This document shows, piece after piece, positions 1 through 10,737 of a stretch of 64,000 nt of DNA; the stretch's first letter is position 1, and each line of letters begins with the position of its first letter. This DNA is from Orbicella franksi. Its lineage: Eukaryota. The notes beneath the pieces were generated by a model. That model worked only from the letters and a program-made list of their open reading frames with translations, was not told the DNA's origin and did no database searches. The stretch is taken from NCBI GenBank assembly GCA_964199315.1, contig OZ116709.1, positions 5,580,001 to 5,644,000 of the forward strand, read 5' to 3'. Made by a program: the position numbers and the translations under genes.

Positions 1-2569
1 CCCCAAGTGGACGTTGCCGACATCGAAAGGACAATCGTCATCAAATCACAAAATCCCGTGGAATGAAAGACACCAAGAGCGATTAAACTTCCTAATTGAA
101 CTTCTTATGCAGCCAGGGGTAATGGCTTACCCTGACTTTGAACGACCATTTGTACTGCACACGGATGCCTCAAGCGAAGGACTTGGGGCGGTGCTCTACC
201 AAGAACAAGGGGGGAAATTGACAGTTGTTGGCTATGGCTCAAGGACATTGACGCCGGCGGAACGGAACTACCACTTGCACTCAGGAAAGTTAGAATTCTT
301 GGCCCTAAAGTGGGCAATTACTGACAAATTCAGGGATTACTTATTCTATGCTCCATCCTTCGCTGTTTTCACTGACAATAACCCGTTAACGTATGTGATG
401 TCATCAGCAAAGTTGAATGCCACGGGGCATCGGTGGGTGGCCGAGTTAGCGGATTATAACTTTACAATCAAGTACCGACCGGGCAAGACTAATGTTGACG
501 CGGATGTTCTGTCAAGAATCCCATTGGACATAGACAAGTATATGAGCGATTGTACAGAGGAAGTACCCAAAGATGTCCTTGAAGCAACCGTGGAAGCAGT
601 AAGGGAACAGGCAAAAGGCACAATCCCATGGGTTACGGCAATTGCCGCAGACTTGACAACTCCTGAACCGACATTAAAGGATCTGAATCTAAGACCCTTC
701 AGCCCTAGTGAAATCAAGGAGGCACAGCACTCGGATAGTGCTATATGCCGCGTGCTTTACTACAAGACACACGGGATCAAACCGGGTGGTGGCCAACTGA
801 AGAATGAACCCCATGGAGTTACCAACCTTATGAGAGAATGGAAGAAACTGGAAGTTGATGAACATGGTATCCTGCGACGAAGAACAAGCTCTAAGATACA
901 ATTAGTTCTGCCACACAACTTCATCCCAGTGGTACTTAAAGAACTACACACAGAGATGGGACACCTTGGAGTGGAGAGAGTCGCAGAACTTGCAAGGTCC
1001 CGCTTCTACTGGCCACATATGTACCGTGACATAGAGTATTTTGTGACACAACGTTGCAGATGCATCAAACAGAAGAAACCAAACACAGTCACGAAAGCAC
1101 CTATGATGCACCTGATGACATCAGCACCCTTTGAAGTAGTTTCCATTGATTTTCTGCATCTGGACAAGAGCAAAGGTGGATATGAATATGTACTGCTGAT
1201 TGTTGATAACTTTACCAAATATGCCCAAGCCTTTGCAACGCGCAACAAGACGGCCCGCACTGCTGCTGAGAAGATCTACAATGAGTTTATCCCAAGGTTC
1301 GGTTTCCCAGCACGAATACATCACGACCAAGGTGGTGAGTTTGAAAACAAATTGTTCCACAACCTAGAACGTCTCAGTGGAGTTGCCAGCTCGCGAACCA
1401 CTCTATACCACCCACAGGGCAATGGCCAGGTAGAACGCATGAACCGAACGTTACTCTCGATGCTAAGGACCCTCCCGGAGGAAAAGAAATCGAACTGGAA
1501 AGATTCCTTAAACAAGCTTATACATGCGTACAACTGCACAAGACACGAAACGACTGGGTTCTCGCCATTTTACCTGATGTTTGGCCGTTCCCCACGATTA
1601 CCAGTTGATTTGCTGTTTGACCTAGACAACGACCTTCAACAGGGTGATTACCAGGACTATGTAAAGACGTGGCAAGCAGATATGAGACGGGCCTACGACC
1701 TAGCATCTAGGAACACCCAGAAATCGTCAGCCAGGAGTAAAGTGTATTACGACAAGAAGGCTTCCGCAGCAGTCCTATTCCCCGGCGACCGCGTACTTGT
1801 TAGAAACCTTTCAGAAAGGGGAGGACCTGGAAAGCTCCGTTCACACTGGGAAGAGCAAATTTATGTAGTTGAGGAACGCATATCTGATAGTCCAGTCTAT
1901 CGAGTAAAGCCAGAACTTGGCCGTGGGAAACAACGAGTGTTACACCGTAACTTGCTACTTCTTTGTGATGCTTTACCACTGCCTAAACCAACGAGAGCAT
2001 CATCCAAGACCACCCAACTAAGACCTAGAGTGCCACCTCAGCCTGAAGACATTGGAGAGAGTTCCGATGATGAGTATGAGATGAACACACTGTCCTCTCC
2101 AATCACCCATGAAATAGCCTTTCCGGCGGAAGTAGACACCCCTCCTATGGACCCACAGGACCACTGTGATAATGAAGATTGTGCCACTATGTCAGATACC
2201 AGGGACCAACCTGACCCACAAGTGGACACTGGTGACTCATCAGTGCCAAATTCATCCGTTCTAGATGTGACTGATATGGCCCCTGAGGAAAGTGACAATT
2301 CAGATTCAGAGGAACACCTAGAGGGAGCTACGCGACCTATAAGGGAGAGACGACCCCCTCGGATTCTGACTTACAGTCAGATGGGGGTACCCGAGTACCA
2401 ACGTTTAAACCCAGTAGTAAACGCAATTCAATGCCCTCAGGTGATACTTCCCTACCAAGTCATGGCCAACTGGCTTGTACCTCACTGCCGGTGTGTTCAC
2501 TGCACCCCGCACATCCCATTTATTCCACAGCTGCAGTATATACCACAGCCCATATGGACAAACCAGTAA
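1..2569 (+). CDS. pol: Ty3/Gypsy retrotransposon pol, 5'-truncated by window edge (RT connection, RNase H, integrase, acidic C-terminal tail)
   Basis: 851-aa open frame (ORF 14..2569, open to the window edge). RNase H motifs VLHTDAS, KLEFLAL, FTDNNPL, DVLSR; integrase zinc finger LHTEMGHLG...CRC; DDE core VSIDFL, IHHDQGGEF, NGQVERMN; GPY/F-like GGPGKLRSHWEEQIYVV. RT-RNaseH-IN order is Gypsy type. No chromodomain seen. Confidence 0.97.
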   Translation, partial: PKWTLPTSKGQSSSNHKIPWNERHQERLNFLIELLMQPGVMAYPDFERPFVLHTDASSEGLGAVLYQEQGGKLTVVGYGSRTLTPAERNYHLHSGKLEFLALKWAITDKFRDYLFYAPSFAVFTDNNPLTYVMSSAKLNATGHRWVAELADYNFTIKYRPGKTNVDADVLSRIPLDIDKYMSDCTEEVPKDVLEATVEAVREQAKGTIPWVTAIAADLTTPEPTLKDLNLRPFSPSEIKEAQHSDSAICRVLYYKTHGIKPGGGQLKNEPHGVTNLMREWKKLEVDEHGILRRRTSSKIQLVLPHNFIPVVLKELHTEMGHLGVERVAELARSRFYWPHMYRDIEYFVTQRCRCIKQKKPNTVTKAPMMHLMTSAPFEVVSIDFLHLDKSKGGYEYVLLIVDNFTKYAQAFATRNKTARTAAEKIYNEFIPRFGFPARIHHDQGGEFENKLFHNLERLSGVASSRTTLYHPQGNGQVERMNRTLLSMLRTLPEEKKSNWKDSLNKLIHAYNCTRHETTGFSPFYLMFGRSPRLPVDLLFDLDNDLQQGDYQDYVKTWQADMRRAYDLASRNTQKSSARSKVYYDKKASAAVLFPGDRVLVRNLSERGGPGKLRSHWEEQIYVVEERISDSPVYRVKPELGRGKQRVLHRNLLLLCDALPLPKPTRASSKTTQLRPRVPPQPEDIGESSDDEYEMNTLSSPITHEIAFPAEVDTPPMDPQDHCDNEDCATMSDTRDQPDPQVDTGDSSVPNSSVLDVTDMAPEESDNSDSEEHLEGATRPIRERRPPRILTYSQMGVPEYQRLNPVVNAIQCPQVILPYQVMANWLVPHCRCVHCTPHIPFIPQLQYIPQPIWTNQ

Positions 2570-2837
2570 TGAACACTCCTGAAGTCACAACTGATTACTC
2601 CGAGTATTAACCATGGACAAGCAGACCTGTTGCTCGCCTTCTGTGACTTAACTCATAAGAGAAATTTGTGTTGGATTTTCCCTCTAGTTACAAACTGTTA
2701 AAGACAAAACCTGCGGATAATGGAACTGCCACAATAAGTATTCAGTTTGAAACATGATGAGAACTGACGCTCCCTCCTAACCATTGTTCTTTTTGGTTTT
2801 GTATTTCCTGTTATAATGTCGGGACGACATTTCTGTT

Positions 2838-3289
2838 GGAGGGGAGTGTGTTACAAGTAGAACGTGAGGGACTGGGCCTAGCCCCAGGTTACTTATTATT
2901 ATGGGATCGAAAATCCCACGCGTTGGAGAGATTGAAAACGAAACGAGGATCGATGAGAAAAACGTGTTGTCATTGTAGTTTTGTAGTAGTTCCTGTGCGA
3001 GATTGAGTAGAGTGTAACACTGGCATGACATATTAGGGTTCTTGAAGATCTGCAGCAAATAACTTTGTCAAGTCTTATTTGATTCGTTACACTTTTGGGT
3101 TAGGATTTGGGGTTAGGGTTAGTCTCAGTAGAATTATAATTATCTTCTTTTGGAACCACACAGCCATCTTGCACCCTTCGAACATTTTTGTTGCACTCTA
3201 TCTACTCTTCACACAGCCATTATGTGGGCCATCACTTGATGGTTCACAATTCTTTGTAAATTGCAGTGTACTGTGATTACCTTACCACA
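2838..3289 (+). mobile_element. Polypurine tract (2838-2846) and 3' LTR (2847-3289) of the Gypsy element
   Basis: GGAGGGGAG directly abuts TGTGTTA. The putative end TACCACA (3283-3289) is a 6/7 inverted match, giving TG...CA termini and ~443 bp. Host intron sequence resumes right after. The 5' LTR is outside the window, so the end point is not confirmed by LTR-LTR comparison. Confidence 0.7.
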
Positions 3290-3322
3290 AGCTAATTGCA
3301 CTAAACATTTTGTTCCTTGCAG

Positions 3323-6300
3323 AGGATTTCACGTGGGTTTCAACAGCCTTTGTGCGCATGCCTCAGTGAACCATTTACATTTTCATGTTTGGTACAGTGA
3401 GTACCCATCCTATCTTGAAACAGCAGTAAGTTAATATTGAACCACCGCTTACAATGTAGTCGAGTTGGATGAGAGTAAATGAAGTAATAAAAAGGAGTAC
3501 TGCATCGTTTACCTATAACGCTTTGGCTCCTGTTGTCCTCTCCTATATGAATTTGCAGGGAAGACCTCTACCCAAATGATGTCCTACAAAACATTAGCGC
3601 TAAGCTCACACTAGTTCTCGTAAGAGAAGACAACGGGACCAAAGAAACAATCACTTCAAGCAAGCTATTGTTAAGTTTCTTTTTATTCCTTTATTTACTC
3701 CCATCCAACTCCACAATATTGTATGCATACTGTGAAGTACAGGTACGATCAAACCTCCTGTAATGCTGACCTCTCCTAAGCATGTCACTAGGTTTTGGTC
3801 CCAGCCTCGTCCGAGAACTGGTTGGAAACAGACACTTCCGATGTGGACTAGTCTGTCCACCGACGTTTAACTTTTTTCAGTGCTACAAGCTATTTTTCCC
3901 CAACCCCACCCCCTTGGGTTTTAGCGCGTGTATCCCACGCGCTGGGTTAATATTTCGCGAAGATTGAGATCTCGACAAACTCAAGACAAAATAGAGCGTC
4001 TGTGGACGGACTTAAGTCTCAAGGATGTTCACTTGGGAAGTTTGATTATTACAAACGTATGATAACCATTACTCGTAACAACAAACTGCAGACAACTGCC
4101 TATCTCTAGGGTTGGTTGTATTCTTCAATCATAATTGTGTCTCTCTTTGATGAACAGGAGGTCGATGTTGTGTGTGAGAACGTTTTTGAAGTCAAGAATT
4201 ACCCAACAACAGCGTTTGTCTTCGAGCTGGCGCCAGAAACTAACGTTGGTTCTCTTGCGAGGTTGGTAATTGGAATTAGTGAAACTTTTTAAGAGTAAAA
4301 AAAGAAAAAAAAATTAAAAACATCTTTAATGTACAAATTTTCCAAATGGTACAGGGAGTGATCGAAGCACTGATTAAACAGCAGTTCCAATTTCTATGAA
4401 CAAACGTATAATAAGAACTTTGCATTAATTACATCAATCTATCTCCCTCGTTTTAACATGAAACGTTACAGCCTTGTATCGAATTTACTGGCGTAGAGCA
4501 ATCGAGTAGATTTCCTTCTTTTTCTTGAGATTGGATTGTTGTGAGAGCAAAGTTTTAGCATCTCCATGGCCAATCACAACAAAGGTAAATTCTGCAATGG
4601 ACCAATAGGATCTCAGTGTAGAAATATGGATATGTTACTGGCGTCAAGGGCGAGAAAAGTAATGAACGCGTAACAGCGCCATGCGCGGGAAAAATATGAA
4701 CACGGAGCGTCTGATTGTTTGTTTAGTAAGCAACATAATACATAATGGTAATAGGACTGAGTGGAGTCCAATTCGGTCTGTAATCATACGAGTGATTAAC
4801 AAATTCGGACGACCGCGAATCGGGAGTCCGATTTGTTAATCACGAGTATGATTACAGACTGGATTGGACGACGCGAAGTCCTGTTACCAATTAATCAAAA
4901 CTATGACAAAATTCGAGAAACGAACAAACCATCGATTGAGCGCTGAACGATTAAACGTCGTTATGAATGCTGAAAAACACAGCAGTTTAATCAACAAAGG
5001 GCACCGCAACAACGCACGCAAAATGACGCGTACTGTCCAATTACAAGCATACCGCGTACACTGTCCAATTAATGCTCAAATCGGGCTGCTGATAGCCAAT
5101 CACGTTCGAGAATTTCGTTATAGTTTTGATTAGTAGAGTTAGGAGTTACCCATTGGCTCCGATGTTGACTGTGCTTTCTGTTACCCTGTATTTCGCCTGC
5201 AGAACAATACACAAAGTCGCATCATATTTAATCGAGGAAGAGGTGGCTCATAACTTCCATATCATTCGAGGAGCAAGATGTCGTCCAAGAAGTCAGATGA
5301 ATGGGTTTACACATGAAGACAGCGATCTGCAATCAGTGCTCAGGGTGTTCTTATGGCCAAGAAACCCTGTTCATGGTAAGAAGAATCTTGACGGCAATAC
5401 TGAACAATGGCTCCCATTTTCTGCTAACTGTCGGCCGACATGTTATGGACACATAACCGACAGTTTCGTTTTTTTTTTTCCTGTAGTCCATAGTTCTCTT
5501 CTTTGTAAATTCCTTTTAGATATTCTTTTAGCTAGCTTTTTTTGATTTTTAAACTCGACCACATCAGCGTTGCTGTTATATTTTTATCGTGCACTACTTT
5601 TACCTTTTGGTCGGCCTGCAGTACATGTATAAATGGTAATTTATTATTATTATTATTATTTTAGTATTAAGTAAGCCAAAAATTGACCCAAAACACGTAT
5701 AGTTGAAAACAGTAAATATAGACATCTGTCGATCGTACCGTTCTTTAGCTCATAAGATATAAATAGTTTGCGCGTTTCTGCTAAAGATAGATGGCCTTTG
5801 ATGAAGATTCGACCGTAAGCCAATGTACTTCTCAAATTTTGACCAACAGCTGACACAGTAGTGGTTCGGAGAACACGAACTCCCTAACGCTAGTGTTAAG
5901 TATTACCTTCTTTCTTTTAAATTGTTCTTGAACAGGTGCAAAGCAAATGAGCTCTTACGAGTCCGAGCGGCGTCCCGTTGCTGTCTACGAGTTTGCGGGC
6001 TCCTTGGCGATAGAAAGTAAGAAATGATACTCTAGTATTTACCCTCTTACCTTTTACTCTGTCTCTGCAACTGGCCAATTCTCTCTATGAAACGTCCCTC
6101 AAGGGAATCATGGTAGTTGTATTCATCAAAACACATCCCCAGTCCAAGATGATGAATACCACTACCATGATTCCCTGCAGGCATGGCTCATAGATGGAAT
6201 TGGTCATTGGCTGAAGGCGAGGTTTTCAACTAGGATGTTACTTAGCAAACTTTCCTATTCTGATGACGTTATGTTGACGTGACAACTTACAGGATGGTCG

Positions 6301-6780
6301 TGTTGTATTTGATTGGACGAAAGGCCGGACTAGTAACCCGTTCGGTAATTTCAGGAACATTTTCATTATTTTATACTGAATCATGGTGTTTCCAATATGC
6401 AGTAATTTCTAGTTTCTCTCTTTTGATAACAGATTTTTGTTAGCACTTGAAACACCATAAGCACTGATTGTTTTTTGTTGTTTCCAAAAATAAAGATATT
6501 CCATGTTGCTATCCTGTATCCTATATGGACTACAGGGAGGCTTTTTAATACTCACTGAAAGAAGGCTTTTCTTATCTCTTCATCCAAACTTGAGAAAGAA
6601 CAGGACGCAAGGACAGAAGACTTTTAGCTTCTCATTAATTTTAAAATTTGTCTTTCAGGGAGAGAAACCTTCGATTCATTTACTGAAGAACAATTCTGTG
6701 AACATATGAGGAGAGCCACGTTACAAGAAAACGAGTTCAGCCGACACAGACAGGCGATACGAGATTTATTCAACAAATAG
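3323..6780 (+). CDS. GDPGP1: GDP-D-glucose phosphorylase 1 (VTC2/GDPGP1 HIT family), copy 1, last five exons; 5' exons lie left of the retrotransposon
   Basis: Exons 3323-3425, 4158-4261, 5203-5375, 5936-6016, 6659-6780(TAG), all GT-AG with consistent phases. Translation GFHVGFNSLCAHASVNHLHFHVWY...VAHNFHIIRG...LRVFLWPR...ETFDSFTEEQF matches the family GFNSL..ASVNHLHxH motif. Confidence 0.92.
4747..5131. mobile_element. Bipartite palindromic repeat (hairpin head + IR-bounded tail) in a GDPGP1 copy 1 intron
   Basis: Stem-loop 4747-4888 (CTGTAATCATACGAGTGATTAACAAATTCGGAC / GTCCGATTTGTTAATCACGAGTATGATTACAG). Tail 4893-5131 is bounded by AATCAAAACTATGAC / GTTATAGTTTTGATT and has CCAATC near 5095. 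Confidence 0.8.
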
Positions 6781-7987
6781 TCTACTTAGCTAGTCAACTT
6801 CTCTTAACCTTAGATGTCTCTTATTCACAGCGGATGTCCCGACTGAACAAATTCTGTAAAAAGTAGTATATTTAGATAAATTATTCGTAAACATACATTG
6901 TTTTGTTGTCATCGAGGCTCCTATAGCATATAAAGTGAATACGGAGGTTGTTTGTAAATAAAGGGCTTAAATTGTTGGATATAAATTTGGCTTAATGTGA
7001 TCGTTAGATCAAATGAATCCGTCTTTGAGAGTTCATCTGTCAATCTCATAATAGAAATTTGCTTTTGTAAAATTAATATTTGTCAATGAAAATAAGGAAT
7101 GACTTCGTACTTTTAATGTATTACTATTTAATGACTAGAGCCGTTGCTTCAGTTGTGAAGGTGTACGAGCCTCAGTTTTTCAGGGGTTTGAAGTAACACA
7201 GTGTTCAACTTGTCTAAAATCGCCAGATTTTGTTTGAAAACGTCGAAGTTCTTGCCCTTAGCAGAGCCAAAAACAACACTTAAAACTGCTCAGTCTCTTG
7301 AAGTCACTGAAAGAGTCGCCATAGGTATCCACCGTGTACACCGCTTTGTACGCATGAGTACCTTTCTCTTGTTACCCTCGTCTCTCGATATAATTCATCT
7401 TGCGTCTAGACGCTCTTCTGGTGCCAGCAAGACTGTCATCTGAGTAGTTATGACCTAAATATTTAGCTTCTTTTTTCCCAGTGGCAGAGCCGTAATCTGT
7501 CATTGTATATTAAAGACTTAAGGAGGGAATCCCATACGGTTCACATCTAGGTCTCCATAGAGACCTTACCAATTACTGACTAACGAAGCTGACGTTCACT
7601 TCAAATGAAAGTGTCGAGTCAGAAATATCAAATTCTTTAATTTAGGTAGTTTGTAATTAATATATTCCTTGCGATCGAAATGGCATTTAGATTTTGTAGT
7701 TTGTTAGTAGTTGGACAGTCTTCTGCGAAAGAAAATTTTACCACAATTGCTTCTAATCTCACAATCTGATTGGCTAATTTGCCGTTGTCGAAAAGAGTCC
7801 AGACAACGCTTCACGCGTCAATATGTCACGCAATGCCTTTTTCAGCCCGCGCTCTGAAAGAAAAAAAAAAACGTTTTCTTTGACGTTAATATTGTGGTAA
7901 AAAACAAATCGAAATGTGGTTTAGCGTGGTCTGTACTCTTATAGACAACGATACGAGTCATCACAGTGGTCAAAATGTTGTGACTCA

Positions 7988-8200
7988 CGAGCTATCAAGC
8001 CAACTGGGAGCTGGTTACGTTGTGAGCTCGCAATATACCTGTAGATGATGAGCTCACAACGTGACCAGCTCCCAGTTCCCGTTCAGGCCTGAATTTTTTT
8101 TCAGGCTTTAATTTCACAACCACTTAAGCGTGATGATCAATCATGTCTTCATATCTCTCTCCGCAATTGAAATATATGATCTTTTATATATTCACTTGCA
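7988..8200. mobile_element. Palindromic SINE-related repeat (head-to-head fragments)
   Basis: CTGGGAGCTGGTTACGTTGTGAGCTC / GAGCTCACAACGTGACCAGCTCCCAG inverted pair, followed by CAGGCCTGAATTTTTTTTCAGGC and an AT-rich body I recognise as a common anthozoan repeat. Confidence 0.55.
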
Positions 8201-8310
8201 TAGCTGGTAACGTAGCAGTGTGCCCTTTTAAACAAAATGACGGCCGCTTCTTTGCGTTTTCGAAGTGTCTGTGAGGAGGATTTAGTTAAAGTTTCGAACG
8301 ACTAGTAGAT

Positions 8311-8480
8311 TTATACTAAAACAATTAGATTATTCGCTCTCGATTTCTGTTGCGTGATAGTTGACCTCGTCAACTATCGTGCTACAGAAATCGAGAGCGA
8401 ATAATCTGACTGCATGTTAAATAGAAACACGATTTTTAACCAATCAGCGCACGTATTTTCTTAGGACTGTTTTCTAAATA
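8311..8480. mobile_element. Bipartite palindromic repeat directly upstream of the candidate GDPGP1 copy 2 start
   Basis: Stem-loop 8327-8407 (AGATTATTCGCTCTCGATTTCT / AGAAATCGAGAGCGAATAATCT) and a tail with AACCAATCAGCGC near 8440. The end TACTAAAACAATTAG is the reverse complement of a segment in the 29344 element. Confidence 0.75.
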
Positions 8481-8508
8481 TGCATACCGATGGAGTCTGG
8501 GACCTAAG

Positions 8509-8626
8509 ATGGCAGACGGCGAAACCCAACCAATATATTTTAATAGTAAAAATTGTATTTATAAGCTTACCGTTTATACGTGAATGGAAAATACGCTTTA
8601 GGAGTAACTTGTAGTTGTACACAAAG
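8509..8626 (+). other. Candidate first exon of GDPGP1 copy 2 (frame not continuous)
   Basis: AAGATGGCAG start context at 8509 and a strong AAG|GTGAGT donor at 8627. The ATG frame (MADGETQPIYFNSKNCIYKLTVYT) stops at 8581, and no frame joins cleanly to the phase-0 exon at 10738. Confidence 0.4.
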
Positions 8627-9200
8627 GTGAGTGTTCGTTTGAGTTTATTTCGCAAAGCTAGTTTAAGCCATTTTAAGGTTAGCCTGCATCACACACTGGA
8701 AGCCTGCTAGAAGTTCGAAGCCGGTCAACATGATGACGTGGGTTTATTTAGGAGGGTGCCCAATGTACGCCAGTTCTTGTCAGATCAGATGCAAGTTTAG
8801 AGAAGAACAAGAAGAAAGCGCCACCGGATAGACTTCCCCCCAATTAGCAACAAAGCAATTATGATAAGGGTACATTCGATTGCATAACTGCACGAAGTCT
8901 ATTTTGTTTGCCAAGTTAGCTAAGATCCATCTTGTTAAAATGGTTGATAAAAAATTTGATCCTCTTCTGTATTCATCTCAAATCCACAAAACCCGGTTCC
9001 TTTGGACTCATACTTCATACAATTTGAAACCATCCAGAAAATTCTCAAAATCCCCATGGGACCAGTGGCAGCTCCATATAGTATTAAAGCCTAAGCTGGA
9101 CGGCAACAAATGAAGGCACAGATGACCAAAGCATACTGTGTGAGTTTTTATACCATGCCACAAGACACAGCCAATCAGAATACAACATCATGCGCAGGCA

Positions 9201-9398
9201 GGTATGTTTTGCAGGTTGCAAATTGAAAAATCGACTTTTAAGTCTGAGTGAGTCTAGTTAGCACTTTGGTTAGCCTGAATAACATTCTGGTTAGCCTAAA
9301 TTAGCTTAGGTTGCTTGCGGTTAGCCTTTATACTGGGGCTTATTCGATTTCAACACAAATAGACAAGTCATTTCAACCTGCAACCTGCAAAATATACC
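9201..9398. mobile_element. MITE with GGTATxTTTTGCAGGTTGCA TIRs
   Basis: GGTATGTTTTGCAGGTTGCA...TGCAACCTGCAAAATATACC inverted termini. Confidence 0.65.
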
Positions 9399-10064
9399 CA
9401 CCAATCATGTGCTGCATGTATGTCGCATCGATTGTCTTGGCCCCTGTATTTGCTAAGGCGTGGTATAATTATGCAATGCTCTAGATCATGATATTTCACT
9501 CAAAAGCATTGCACTTCTGCAATACAGGAAGTAGATGACTGAATGTTACAAATTCATCAAATGGCTTGCTGAAGCGCTAGAATGACAGAAAAAGACAAAC
9601 TACACTGAAGGTTAAGGGGAAAATGTTGATCAAATTTCAAATCCATACTAACTCAATATGGTTACGTGTTGCTGCAAAATGCAAATAAGGAGATAGACAA
9701 CTGAATAAAATCATTAATTAAAATTAATATTAGTTTTTGTGAATTATTTTGTAGAATAGTACTTTCAAGCAACTTGTGAGTCCAGACCTACACAGCACAA
9801 CTACACTACACTGTGGTCTGATAAACTATTTTCATGCAAATGCCAGCCACTCGGTATCTGTCATCAGAACGACAGTTCAGCTATACGTCAGAAGACTTTT
9901 GGTGGCCTAGTATTCAAAATTCTGATGGACCAAACAAGGATGAACTAAGCAAGGTGTCTACGAAATCAAGTCATGTTACCTTACTAATGGTCTCTTGAAA
10001 ATGTGACCATCTACATGTACCATCCTCATTAATAAATATTTTAATTGTTCCCTAAGGTTTTTCA

Positions 10065-10260
10065 TAGATAGATAGATAGATAGATAGATAGAAACTTTAT
10101 TAAGAATGTCATCAACCACCTAGCTGGGGAAAAACTCCCCTACTAATATGGGGACATAACAAAAACGAGTTAAATTAGAAGAAAATACAAAAAAAAAAAC
10201 CTATAGCTATTTACAATAGTAAAATTTAAATCCAAGTTAAAATATGTTATGAGACTATGT
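10065..10260 (-). mobile_element. Probable non-LTR retrotransposon 3' end with (TATC)n tail
   Basis: About seven TAGA units followed by AAACTTTATT, i.e. AATAAA plus a microsatellite tail on the minus strand. Confidence 0.45.
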
Positions 10261-10737
10261 ACAGTGGATAGTGGATTTCATGTAAGCTTCTCATTAATTG
10301 TAGTGGTTCCTCTGTTCCCTCAAAACATAATGTAACAGTAACAATCTCTTGTTCCCTTGAAATAAATGGTCAATGATGTTCCCTTCTGCTAAAAAATCCC
10401 AGGGAGGCCCTCAACCATGTTTAAGGGTTGTTCTTAACATCTAAGTGTGGCCCATCTTTGCAAACTCAAATTTGCGTGGAAGGTTTTATAAAGCTTTACT
10501 GCTATATATACTACTCCCAAGTTTCCTTTCACGCCTATCACAATTTGTCAAGAGGAAGAATGTTGCACAAGTTTGCACCCTGGTTCAATCTCAGTGAATA
10601 TTCTATTATTTGTTTAATTAAGTAACTAATGTGGGAATAAAAGGTAAAAAAAAAAAGGATGGTGTGACTGGCTTGCTTTTCATATTTTCCTCTGAGTCAG
10701 TAGTAATTAGTTATAAGTTGATTCTTGTTTTTTTTAG

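Noticed and set aside
105-2298. Short minus-strand ORFs over pol
   Set aside because: Antisense shadows of the pol frame with no recognisable motifs.
2849-3019. Alternative 171-bp LTR bounded by TGTTACA/TGTAACA
   Set aside because: The longer TGTG...CACA boundary abuts the PPT exactly and ends where host intron sequence resumes. Not fully excluded without the 5' LTR.
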